64,000 bases of DNA from Azolla caroliniana. Its lineage: Eukaryota; Plantae; Polypodiophyta. Location of the stretch: contig JBHGNT010000016.1 of NCBI GenBank assembly GCA_043228905.1, positions 9,300,001 to 9,364,000 of the forward strand, given 5' to 3'. Numbering within the stretch: position 1 is the first letter of the stretch; each line of letters starts with the position of its first letter. Positions 1 to 11,254 of the stretch are shown here, in pieces. A model generated the notes under the pieces. It saw only the letters and a list, made by a program, of their open reading frames with translations. It was not told the DNA's origin and did not search any database. Made by a program: the position numbers and the translations under genes.

Positions 1-30
1 TAACTTTCCGTTGCAAGAGTGGAATGTTTT

Positions 31-519
31 AAAGAGGGGGAGTATGTTATGGGCATGACCATATAATATCCCGTGGTGAGAATTTACCGTAGTATTCTAT
101 ACACGTGGATAAGTGTGAGGGTTAAACAAGAGTGTAAGGAAGGGCAGGATTACTTTTAAACCTCGGGATTGGGACAACCCATTAGGCCAAGTGTGAACAT
201 GGTTGGGGGCCTTGGGTATCGCTATAAATAAGAGGCCAAGCTACCCTCATTTGATCATCTTGTTGACTACATCGAGACTTTGTCTTGTGGTGGGTCAACT
301 CTTGTAGCGAGCGCCAGCACCAAGTACGACTCGACGCCACAGCGGTGGTATATGGGACGTCGATCGAGGCTCGAGTCCGTCTCGATCCCTTCACTCGGGG
401 GTGGTCGGGTGGATCAGCACCCTTCTTTCTCTCTCCTTTCTATCTATTTATTTATATTCTATCCTTATCTAATTCTTACATTAGTTCATGTCTCTTACAC
501 TGGGTCTTCAAGCGCAACA
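31..519 (+). mobile_element. PPT plus 3' LTR (45-519) of an LTR retrotransposon extending left of the window
   Basis: Purine tract AAAGAGGGGGAG(TA) at 31-44 directly followed by TGTT...AACA (45-519) with TATAAATA near 224. The flanking sequence at 520 switches to a degenerate Gypsy extra ORF. Confidence 0.7.
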
Positions 520-2307
520 GCATGAGGAACGTCATCCGGAGCAGACACTGGAACCGCTAACCCACTGGCTAAAAAAAGAGCATGAACCAAGGCCAGAGTT
601 AGTGCAATAGTTTGCTGCCCACACACAACACAGAACATGCCGACAATGGTTAAAGTGGCTCGGAGAACAAGTAGCCGGTGTGGCCAACCGAATGGAGGAC
701 GAACAACGGCAAGTCAGAAGTCAAGCGGAATGGTTGCTAGCCACAACTGAAGAATTAAAGAAGGCTCGGGCATAAATCCGGATCCTGGAGGAAGAGTTGA
801 AAAGGGCCAAGGAATACGTGGTCATCATGGCTAACATGGGACAACAAAGTGCAGTAACGGAGTTGGTGCCACCGGCTAATCTACAAAAGGAAGCTCCGGA
901 AACGGATGCACAACCGGTGGTTAGTACAACCCCGAAGAAGAATGTTGAGAGAGAACAAGAAATGTTAGCCTTAAGTGAGGAATTAGCCACTCCAGAAACA
1001 TTGAGAGAGAGAGAGAGAGAGTGCAAAAGCAGACAGCTGAAGAAGAGAAGCGGAGAATAGAAGAAAATCTTCGGAAAAGTCAAGCAAACAACGACCGACT
1101 GAAGGAGGAAAGAGAAAAAATGTTGCAAGAGAAGGATAATCTCAGGAGAATGGCAGGGATGGAAATAGAGCGGTTGAAAGAAGAAATCCGGTAGCAGAAG
1201 GAGAGAAAGGATCGAGCGCGCTCCTAGATAAACCGCCGGCTAAAGCAGAAAATAGAGGATTTTGAAAAGTTGCACCAGGACCACAAGCAACTAGACACCG
1301 AACATAAGAAGCTTGGGTCGGAATTCGACCGGCAAGAAGAAAAGTTGAAAGAAATCCAGAAGAAACTGGCCAAGAAAATGGAGGCACTGGTGGACGAACA
1401 AACCAAGCCGGTTGCTACGGTGAAGGCACTCGCAGAAGCGGCAAAGGAAAAAATGGGGCTAAACAAAAAACACTATGAAGAAGTAGAACGGGCAAAAATG
1501 GCTTTGGATAGGGTCCAAACAACCTACCAAACCTAGTTGGTGAACTATGAAGTGTAGGCTTAGGCTACCGCCACCCTCATTAAGAAGTTGAAGGAGGACA
1601 AGCAAGCTACGGAGGACAAGACAAAGCTTGGAGTGGGCCGGATCCAGGCGATGGTGAAGGCATGGAAAGATCACACACAGAAGAATATCGACAACAGCTC
1701 GGTGAGCTGGTGGACTCAATGGTCACGACAAGCGGCGAAGTTACAGGTCCACGGAGCAAATGCAGAAAATTGGAGGAAGGCAGGCAACAACTTTTACAAG
1801 ATGGATGAACAAAGTATTGTCACCATCTGTGAGGAGTTGGCAAACAACTTCTTTTTCTTGGCTGGAGCTCAACTCGAACCCGTCCGGAGGCTGATTGAAA
1901 GACTTGATGATGATTAGCTTGGAACACAACTTCAGCTTGAGCAATTCAAACGGGAGCGTCGGCGGCTGGAAGTAGAAAAACAAACAGCGGTAATAAATAT
2001 AAGCAATGAGCAGCAAACTGCAGAACTGCAACAGCAACAGGAGGAGTTGCCAAAAAAAGCCAAAGGTGAACAACCAACGGGAGCCGATGTGGACCAGAAC
2101 AAAGTGCCCGGGTCGGAGCAACGAGCAGAAACCAGAAACGGAGAGAATGTCGGAACCAACGCAAAAACGGAGATGCCTCAGCCGGAAGAAGCCGGAGAGC
2201 AACAACAGGCGCAGTAGGAGCAACAGCAACCAAAAGACCATCAGCAGAATGAAAAATCACTCGAACCTCTAGATCAGAGCATATTGGACATACTCAACGA
2301 GGATTGA
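520..2307 (+). pseudogene. Degenerate copy of the Gypsy 3' extra ORF (coiled-coil protein), homologous to 44431-47319
   Basis: RQWLKWLGEQVAGVANRME vs AQWLRWLSGQLSGVADQME; FYKMDEQSIVTICEELANNFF..RLIERLDD vs FYKMDEESIVNIREELSEDFY..GLVERLDD; ends LNED* vs NLEED*. Broken by stops and frameshifts. Confidence 0.85.
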
Positions 2308-2318
2308 CGAAGGTACCC

Positions 2319-2360
2319 TGTGGGTTCGACGTACAATGTACCATCCCATGGCGCGTGCCA
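2319..2360 (+). other. tRNA-3'-half-like motif ending in CCA at the PPT position (older copy)
   Basis: TGTGGGTTCGA-cgtacaatgtacca-TCCCATGGCGCGTG-CCA, then TG and LTR start TGTTGG at 2363. Homologous to 47327-47367. Confidence 0.75.
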
Positions 2361-2362
2361 TG

Positions 2363-2610
2363 TGTTGGTCGGTGACCGGAATATGAAAGACAAGTGGGGG
2401 ACGAGTCAGAAGCAGAACTTAAGTTATTAGTATTACTTATTAATTAGCTAGAATGAAAGTAGGAACAAACGGATCCGGAAGAGTTGCACCGATCCGGATC
2501 CGGACCGATTCGTAACTGGTTACCGATATGGCATCATTTTGTAAACAGAACCGGATGCCTATAAAGGGATCCGAAGAACGATGTATTAAGGGACAAAATT
2601 AATAAAAGTA
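2363..2610 (+). repeat. 5' part of a Gypsy (Arg family) 3' LTR, fused to a Copia LTR
   Basis: Starts TGTTGGTCGGT and shares ACGGATCCGG..AGTTG..ACCGATCCGGATCCG and CCGGATGCCTATAAA.GGATCCGA with the LTR at 37588-37958. Confidence 0.75.
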
Positions 2611-3344
2611 AACCGGATGAAGAGTACCCAGCTACGGAGAGCCGGATGGTGCAGACCCGGTGTGAACCGGATGAAGAGTACCCGGCTACGGAGAGCCGGA
2701 TGGCGCAGACCCGGTGTGAACCGGATGAAGAGTACCCGGCTACGGAGAGCCGGATGGTGCAGACCCGGTGTGAACCGGATGAAGAGTACCCGGCTACGGA
2801 GAGCCGGATGGTGCAGACCCGGTGTGAACCGGATGAAGAGTACCCGGCTACGGAGAGCCGGATGGTACAGACCCGGTATGAACCGGATGAAGAGACATAT
2901 TAGTAAATATGTTTCTGTTAGTCCATTGCGGCTACATTTGTAAATAGCCGAAAAGTCATATTAGTATAAATATGACTTAGGGCAAACTTTTAGATATGAT
3001 TGTTGTCATTCTTGTTGGTGCAAGAATAGAGAGTGTGCGTAACTGTACAGAGAGAGAGAGTGAGAGAACGACGTCGTTGCCTCTGTTGTAACCGCCGCCT
3101 GTGGCGAAGATCGTGAGCACGAGGTCGTTGCCTCCGTGAACTCACTGATTGTACATTCCAATATAGTGATAGTTTGCAGCCTGTGGGCTGCCGTGGTTTT
3201 TCCCTTAGTTTGGGTTTTCCACGTAAACATACTGTCTATTTTTTTCTCTCCTTTGTGTCCTGCATTTGTTTCCCGTTTTCTGTGTATGAAAAGAATCTTG
3301 GTTGTGGCCGAGCGTTGAGCATAAGGAGCGTTGAGTTCCCGTCA
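2412..3344 (+). repeat. 5' LTR of Copia A (chimeric start)
   Basis: Near-identical to 7465-8397 and ends GTCA 2 nt before the PBS. Confidence 0.9.
2611..2894 (+). repeat. 54-bp tandem repeat x5 in LTR U3
   Basis: Unit AACCGGATGAAGAGTACCCGGCTACGGAGAGCCGGATGGTGCAGACCCGGTGTG; the same array is at ~7664-7947. Confidence 0.92.
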
Positions 3345-3346
3345 AG

Positions 3347-3358
3347 TGGTATCAGAGC
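3347..3358 (+). promoter_or_regulatory. Primer binding site, tRNA-iMet
   Basis: TGGTATCAGAGC 2 nt after the LTR. Confidence 0.93.
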
Positions 3359-3374
3359 GAAACGACACAGAAAT

Positions 3375-6300
3375 ATGGACGAATCGTTTGGCAGCATGTT
3401 CAAGCTCACCGGCTCCAACTATTCGGTATGGAAGTCGAAGATGAGGGACATGCTCATAGTTAAAGACCTCTGGCTGCCGGTTCAGTTCGGGGACAAGAGA
3501 CCGGACAAAATCGACGCCGCGATATGGGAGGTGATGCACATGAAGACAACGGCGTACATACGGTGCTTCATCAACATGAGCCTGTACAATAACTTTAATG
3601 AAGAGAGCAAGGCTCATGAGCTCTGGGAGAAGATCGGCATAATGTTTCAGAACAAAAATGCTGTCAATCAGGTGTCGGTATTCCGGAAGCTAGTAAGACT
3701 CCGGTACCAAGATGGCTCCAGCATGGCGGAGCACATGAATGCCTTCCAGGGTCTGATCCACCAGGCAACTTCATTGGAAGTACCTCTCGCCGATGAGGTA
3801 CTAGCGCTACTCCTGCTCGGTTCCCTCCCAGATAGATGGGAGACGTTGGTTGTCACTTTGGGCAACGCCGGGCCGGAAGGAAAGCGGTTATCCCTAGCAA
3901 GAGTAAAGTCGAGCTTGCTAGATGAGGAGGCGCGTCGGAAAGATAAGGATACAAGCTTCGACTCCAAAGCGCTCCTTACCGAATCGGAACGTGGAAGACA
4001 TAGAAACTGTAGTCCCTAGAACCGGGAGAAGTCGGGGACACGGTCAAAGTCAAGGGGGAGGCCCACTTGCTTCTATTGCGGCAAGCCGGGTCACTTCCAA
4101 AAGAACTGTCGGCATTTCCGTAATGACAAGGAAACCGACGGTACCGATTCGAAGCGGACCCTAGACCGGAACAGTAAAGACCGGAGGGGGCCGGACCGGC
4201 AAGGAACGACGGCAATCGCGGCAAGTGAAGAAGAGTTGATGCTCATCACCGAGGAGAGTGAGATAAACCTTGCCGGCGATGAGATGACCTGGGTGGTAGA
4301 CTCCGGAGCATCGTTCCACCTTACCCCAGACCGGAAATGCTTCTCATCCTACTCAGCCGGTGACCACGGCTGTGTCTGGATGGGGAATGAAGGTACATGC
4401 CGAATTGTCGACATAGGAGACGTGTGGCTGTCAACACCAACCGGATGCAAGTTGCTGTTTAAGGATGTCCGACACATTCCGGAGGTTCGTTTGAACCTGA
4501 TATCAGCCGGTCGGCTAGATGATGAGGGCTACACGGGTAGCATCCGGAATGGTGTCATGAAGTTCAGCAAAGGGAACCTGATTGTGGCTCGGGCCCGGAA
4601 GGTCAACACATTGTACCTGATGAATGCCCGGTTATGTCCGGAAGAAGTGAATGTGGCATCCGACACTGCCGGTGAGCTGTGGCACAAGAGGCTGTGTCAT
4701 ATGAGCAAGAAGGGGATGAAGAGGCTTGCAGACGGCAACCTCATTACAGTGAAGAACGTGCACTTAGAGAAGTGCACTGATTGTCTGGCCGGTAAGCAGA
4801 ACCGGACCTCCTTCCGACCAAGGGCACAGATGAGACGTAATGCACCACTGGAGTTGGTGCATACGGATGTGTGTCAAGTAGACACGAAGTCACATGCCGG
4901 AGCGCAGTACTTCGTGACGTTCAGAGATGACCACAGCCAGAAGCTGTGGTCCACACCGTTGAAGACGAAGGATCAGGTGCTATCCGTCTTCAAGGAGCTC
5001 CACGCGAGAGTGGAAAGAGAAACCGGCCGGAAGCTGAAGGCGGTTGGAGCAGATAACGGAGGAGAGTACCGAGAGCAGTTTGAGGAGTACTACCGCTCGA
5101 AGGGAATCCGGCTCGAATTTACTGTGCCGAAGACGCCGGAACTAAACGGACTGGCCAAGAGGATGAACCGGACCATAATGGAGAGGGTCCGGAGTATGCT
5201 AGCACATGCAAAACTACCCAAGAAGTTTTGGGCTGAGGCATTGTCGACGGCGACATACGTGATAAACAGATCACCCTCAGTACCCTTGGACGGAGACACG
5301 CCACAGAGAGTATGGACCGGTGAGGAAGTGTCCTACCGGCATCTGAAGTTGTTCGGGTGTCTCGCGTACGTGCATGTAGCAAAGGACCGGAGAGGAAAGT
5401 TAGATCCAAAGACCCGGCCATGCATATTCCTCGGTTACGGTGACGATGAGTTCGGCTACTGAGTGTGGGACCCGGTCGACAAGAAGGTATTCCGGAGTCG
5501 AGATATTATCTTCATGGAGGACAAGACGCTCGCCGACTGGGAGTCGGAGAAGAAGATAATGAACTCCGAGTCGACCGGTAAGGATCGACTCTACGATGAG
5601 CAGACCCAACCGGCGAGAGACCGGTTAGCACTCGAAGAACCAGCCGGATACGGTGAGGATACCGAACCGGCAGAAGAAGAAGTAGAGGAAGCTGACACCG
5701 GAACCGGCCTAGACCCCGAATCGGATTCGGATGAAGAGCAAATGGAGGAGCCGGCTACCGAAGCCCAAAGACGGAGATATCCTCTCAGAGAGAGAAGGGC
5801 CCCCCGGAGATTTCCAGATGCAGAGCATGTTCAGCTGACCGATGAGGGGGAGCCAGAAAGCTTCAAAGAAGCGAAGGATGACACCCACAGCCGAAAATGG
5901 TTAAGTGCCATGCAGGATGAGATGGATTCCCTGCATGAGAACCATACGTACGAATTGGTGGAATTGCCGAAAGGAAAGCGGGCACTCCGAAACAAGTGGG
6001 TGTACAAGTTGAAACCGGGAGATGCCGGGAACCCCCCGAGATACAAAGCCAGGATCGTGGTGAAGGGGTTCCAGCAGAAGAAGGGCGTGGACTTCGACGA
6101 GATATTTGCCCCGGTAGTAAAGATGACCTCCATCCGGACGGTGCTGAGTATAGCAGCAAGCATGGACCTCGAGGTAGAGCAACTGGAGGTGAAGACGGCA
6201 TTCCTTCACGGCGACCTCGAAGAGGAGATCTACATGCAGCAACCGGAAGGATTCGTGGAGAAAGGGAAGGAGCACCTGGTATGCCGGTTGAAGAAGAGCC

Positions 6301-7407
6301 TCTATGGGTTGAAGCAGGCCCCCCGGCAATGGTACCGGAAGTTCGATTCCTTCATGACCGATCAAGGGTACCACAAGACACAGGCCGATCATTGTGTGTT
6401 TGTGAAGAAGTTCGAAGGAGGCGACTTCCTAATACTCCTTCTGTACGTGGATGACATGTTGATCGTGGGACGTGACCAAGTCAAAATACGGATGTTGAAG
6501 AAGGTTCTCAACCGGACCTTCTCAATGAAAGACTTGGGTCCGGCAAGACAGATGTTGGGGATGCACATCATCCGGAACCGGTCAAAGAAGCAATTATGGT
6601 TGTCATAGGAGAAGTACGTGACAAAGGTGCTTCACCGGTTCAACATGTCAGAAGCGAAACCGGTCGGATCGACACTTCCGGCAAACTGTAGGCTATCCGG
6701 CAAGCAAAGCCCGAAGACGAAAGCAGAGAAGGCGGATATGATGAAGATTCCATATGCCTCTGCCGTCGGGCGCTTGATGTACGCAATGGTTTGTACCCGA
6801 CCGGACATAGGATACGCAGTCGGAGTGGTGAGCCGGTTTATGAGCAATCCCGGCAAGGAGCACTGGAACGCGGTCAAATGGATACTCCGGTATTTGAAGG
6901 GCACTCCGATTCGGCTCCGGAAAACCTCAACTGGACGGTTTCACTGATTCGGACATGTCGACTGATGTGGATACCAGCCGGTCTACATCCGGGTATGTAA
7001 TGACATATGCAGGGGGAGCTGTTTCGTGGCAGTCGAGGCTATAGAAGACGGTTGCATTGTCAACCACGGAGGCGGAGTACATGGCAGCTGTGGAAGCCGG
7101 CAAGGAAATTTTATGGATGAAGGACTTCATCGGAGAGCTCGGTATACGGCAAGACGAATACCGACTCTATTGCGACAGTCAAAGTGCCATCCACCTTGCT
7201 AAGAATGCGGCCTACCATTCCCGGACGAAGCATATCCAGCGGAGGTATCACTTGATCCGGGAAAGAGTAGATGACCAGGAGTTCGCGCTGACGAAAATCC
7301 ACACGGCCGAGAACGGGTCAGATATGCTGACCAAAGTGCTGACACCCGACAAGCTGAACGCATGCCGGAAGAGGATCGGGCTGGTAAGTCACCCCATGCC
7401 GGAGTGA
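3375..7407 (+). pseudogene. gag-pol: Copia gag-pol polyprotein, disrupted
   Basis: CFYCGKPGHFQKNC knuckle, WVVDSGAS protease, WHKRLCH/ELVHTDV integrase, YVDD RT, ENGSDMLTK RNase H. In-frame stops at ~4017, 5460, 6606, 7041 and a deletion near 6907. Confidence 0.92.
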
Positions 7408-7417
7408 AGGGGGAGTT

Positions 7418-8397
7418 TGTTGGGAAACAGGTCCCTCCGGATGGGAAGGGAGAAGAACAGTGCCGCAGAACTTAAGTTATTAGTATTACTTATTAATAAG
7501 CTAGAATGAAAGTAGGAACAAACGGATCCGGAAGAGTTGCACCGATCCGGATCCGGACCGATTCGTAACTGGTTACCAATATGGCATCATTTTGTAAACA
7601 GAACCGGCTGCCTATAAAAGGATCCGAAGAACGATGTATTAAGGGACAAAATTAATAAAAGTAAACCGGATGAAGAGTACCCGGCTACGGAGAGCCGGAT
7701 AGTGCAGACCCGGTGTGAACCGGATGAAGAGTACCCGACTACGGAGAGCCGGATGGTGCAGACCCGGTGTGAACCAAATGAAGAGTACCCGGCTACGGAG
7801 AGCCGGATGGTGCAGACCCGGTGTGAACCAAATGAAGAGTACCCGGCTACGGAGAGTCGGATGGTGCAGACCCGACGTGAACCGGATGAAGAGTACCCGG
7901 TTACGGAGAGCCGGATGGTACAGACCCGGTATGAACCGGATGAAGAGACATATTAGTAAATATGTTTCTGTTAGTCCATTGCGGCTACATTTGTAAATAG
8001 CCGAAAAGTCATATTAGTATAAATATGACTTAGGGCAAACTTTTAGATATGATTGTTGTCATTCTTGTTGGTGCAAGAATAGAGAGTGTGCGTAACTGTA
8101 CAGAGAGAGAGAGTGAGAGAACGACGTCGTTGCCTCTGTTGTAACCGCCGCCTGTGGCGAAGATCGTGAGCATGAGGTCGTTGCCTCCGTGAACTCACTG
8201 ATTGTACATTCCAATATAGTGATAGTTTGCAGCCTGTGGGCTGCCGTGGTTTTTCCCTCAGTTTGGGTTTTCCACGTAAACATCCTGTCTATTTTTTTCT
8301 CTTCTTTGTGTCGTGCATTTGTTTCCCGTTTTCTGTGTATGAAAAGAATCTCGGTTGTGGCCGAGCGTTGCACATAAGGAGCGTTGAGTTCTCGTCA
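7418..8397 (+). repeat. 3' LTR of Copia A
   Basis: TGTTGGG...GTCA after the PPT. Contains the Gypsy-LTR-like segment at 7465-7663. Confidence 0.92.
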
Positions 8398-8990
8398 ATT
8401 AAGTGATCTAAGTCTCGGTTGTTGCCGAAGATTATGCCGCATGGCTCCTGTCAGTTATCACGTCAACTCCGAAGCAAAACGACAATACCACATGACATTA
8501 TTAGAGCAGAGTTCAGTCTACCCCCGATGTTAGTCGAAGCACTTTTTAAAGTGGTAGTTTTTACTCATCGGATACATTGTCAACCACAAGATAAGATATC
8601 CCATCGAGCCTTTGAGGCGTCCCGATCCCTACCAGCGTCTGGAGACACTTGCTCTTGGTATAACACTATGGTGAGTTGGTTACTTGCAAACAACATAGAC
8701 ATTAATAACCTACCCCCCTTAAGTACAACCATGGGACTAAACAAACTCTAATATCACATGAAGACCATAATAAAGTGATACGCCAAGAAATATGGCAAAT
8801 TTACACTCGATATAAATGGATGACCCCACGCGAGCCACTTCCATCTAAAATGTTGTACTATAAAGAACAGTTCTTGCACTTCTCTTAATTAGGTTTTATT
8901 ACACAACCAACATATCTAGATACATTCTTATCAAATGCACTAAGGGTGGGCATTGGACAACTTAGGATATCATCTCACCAACATGAGATT
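8398..8990 (+). mobile_element. Non-LTR retrotransposon (LINE) ORF2 C-terminal fragment
   Basis: TTIPHDIIRAEFSLPPM and YLDTFLSNALRVGIGQLRISSHQ resemble LLLETGSLPI and IRTIASMRLSSHAL of the LINE at 58262-59994. Confidence 0.6.
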
Positions 8991-9410
8991 TGGTTAGCCA
9001 GTTCAGTAACCTGTCTGTCCAACCATTCCAGCCATTGTCGACAGGTTCCGCGTTGATTAAGTACAACGAATTGTTATACTACCTCCAACATTACTTCATG
9101 CTCCTTCCCCAAGCTCGGTGTGGTCAGCTCTTCCATCTCCAATTCCGGTACCGGCCTGTGTGCCTCCTCCTGTTGCTGTGTTGGACTTGGTTGCTCCATT
9201 CCTTGTGTCTCCCGTTCCGATGCAAACACTTTTGGTCTCTCTATTGTTGGCACCTCCGGCCCTAGCTCCACCACCGCTAAGCAGGTCATCGGTAAACTGT
9301 CCCTTTCCGGACCCGAGCCTTCCCCATGCTGCTCCTGGAGACATCTTCTAGGAGGTATTTGAAGATGCTCTTCCTCTTCTTCAAGCTCCTCGTCTTCCGC
9401 AGTGTCGGGA
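8990..9410 (-). pseudogene. Fragment of a Gypsy 3' extra ORF homolog
   Basis: Minus-strand RQWLEWLDRQVTELANQ matches AQWLRWLSGQLSGVADQ and is preceded by an E/P/Q-rich linker. Confidence 0.6.
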
Positions 9411-10087
9411 CTTTCGGCTCCGGATCGTTGCGTGAGTCGGGTGGGAACCACCGAGCTTTTGGACTAGGAGAAAGAAGAATATGAGATAAGGCTCCTTATG
9501 AATGGATTGCAAGAAAGAGAAATATTTGAAGGAAGATATGAAACTCAGGAATCCCACGAGTATAGTGTATTAATTGATACATAGAATGTAAGAGAGAAAT
9601 AGATGGAAAAAAATCGTGAATCCCCACGAATATATTAGATTGATCAAATCCTTGTAAAATAATCAACAACCCCCCATACATCTTTCTCTCCTCCTTATAT
9701 AAGGATGGAAGAGGCTAAGCATAGCTTCATGCTTTTTCTAAAAGTGTTCATGCACACTAAATGTGCATGAATTGCCTTTTTACACTATTCTTTTATTTCC
9801 TAAATATAGTGCTCATGCTCGTTAGATGTGCACGAGTCATTTTTTATTGGTGTACATTTTTCTTATAAATAAACTATTCACGCATTCTAAAAAACATGTG
9901 TGACTTACCTTTTAATAAAGGTAGGCGTAAATAAAGGTCTTATACGTATTAAATCTATACTTAGAACACTTAGGATAAGTTAGTACAATGGTAAGGTTGG
10001 GGTTTGTTTACATGGAGGTACAGGGTCCAAATCCTACCCTATGCACGTAATAAATATTTTTAATATTTTATTTTATTGATTATACGT

Positions 10088-11220
10088 ACAGGGTCCGCGG
10101 TGCTTCGGATCTCATTGGAGTCAGTTTTCTCGGTGTTTTCTAGCACTTCCGGCCAAAAAGAAACCTTTGCTCCCGATGACTCCCCGACACATATTCCCGT
10201 GGTTGTCGTGTAATTGCTCTTCGCCGCTATTTCCTCCTCTAGGACCTTCTTCATCCCGCCTATTCGGAAGTTTGGTCGGAGCAGCTTCCGAGAGTCCATA
10301 GAATGAATTTGATTTCCCTTGTAGTTGATAAGATCCCATCGTACCGCTTCCTTGTGCTCAGCACAATCCCTCCGATCATGTTTGGTGCTATCGCACCATA
10401 TGCACCGACGGTCCATATACTTGGAACTTCTGGGACGGTCATCCGACTTCTTCACCATCGCGATTTTTAGATTCTCCATCTCCTTCAGCAACTGATCCAC
10501 CGTGGTTGCGTGGATTCCCTTCTCGGTCATAGCTTCTCGAGCCCACGGTTGATGGTATTCGGCTCCGGATCTCGGTTTCGGAATCAGTTTCGAAACCCTC
10601 TTTTCTTCGTTGGCAAGCCATTGCCCCCTCTTTGTGTATCGCGTGACGATATCCCGCACACTTTCCCATGTTTCGGTGAGTCCACTCTTAGTAGTCATGT
10701 CCTCTAGAAGCACTCCAAGATCCTTCCGGTCCCGGACGTCTACGGTTCATAAGAACATGATAACTTTGTCCAGTGTGAGGATAGCTTGATCTCTCGCAAA
10801 CAACCTCCCGAACTGACTTTCGAATGCCGAAAACACATCGAGGACCTTCATCCCCTTGTCCGGCGTTTCTACCCAATCCTCGAATCCTCTCCGCGTTGCC
10901 TTGTAGGAGTCCTCGATAGCGAACGTGGTCTTTAGCGCCTCTTCAAATGCTTCCCACGTCAGATTTTGTTGTCGTAGCCCGTGGGTACTTGCTTGAAGCC
11001 CGTCGGTAGCTACCCGGTTGAAGGATGTCACTTGCAGTCCTTCTGAAATCCCGCATCGTATCATTTCCGCCTTGTAGTCCCGAAGATAGTGTGATATGTC
11101 CTTTCCGTTGAATTGCACGAGCCGCTCTACTGTCGCCGCTATCTCCGACATCGCACATTGTTCTTGAAGCATCCGCTTGAACATCATCATCATGTTGTTA
11201 GCCTCCAGTTGATTTTCCAT
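10088..11220 (-). pseudogene. gag: gag fragment (Trp-family Gypsy)
   Basis: QFNGKDISHYLRDY and RCIWCDSTKHDRRDC match QFDGRNVTKFLDSY and RCVWCDSMDHMRRDC of 14459-16486. Confidence 0.85.
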
Positions 11221-11236
11221 CTCCTTGCCACCCGTG

Positions 11237-11254
11237 TTCACGTCGGGTTCACCA
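11237..11254 (-). promoter_or_regulatory. Primer binding site, tRNA-Trp
   Basis: TGGTGAACCCGACGTGAA is complementary to the plant tRNA-Trp 3' end as I recall it (..TTCACGTCGGGTTCA-CCA). Confidence 0.8.

Larger units (their letters stand above)
2412..8397 (+). mobile_element. Ty1/Copia element A (Tnt1/Tork-like), decayed, 5' end lost or recombined
   Basis: Direct repeats 2412-3344 and 7465-8397, PBS TGGTATCAGAGC, gag-PR-INT-RT-RH order, PPT GAGTGAAGGGGGAG before 7418. Confidence 0.93.

Noticed and set aside
2611-2894. CRISPR-like array
   Set aside because: Units are contiguous with no unique spacers, lie inside LTRs, and there are no cas genes.
2617-2943. Repeat-protein ORFs (MKSTRLRRAGW.., MVQTRCEPDEE..)
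   Set aside because: By-products of a stop-free 54-bp LTR repeat; not conserved in sister LTRs.
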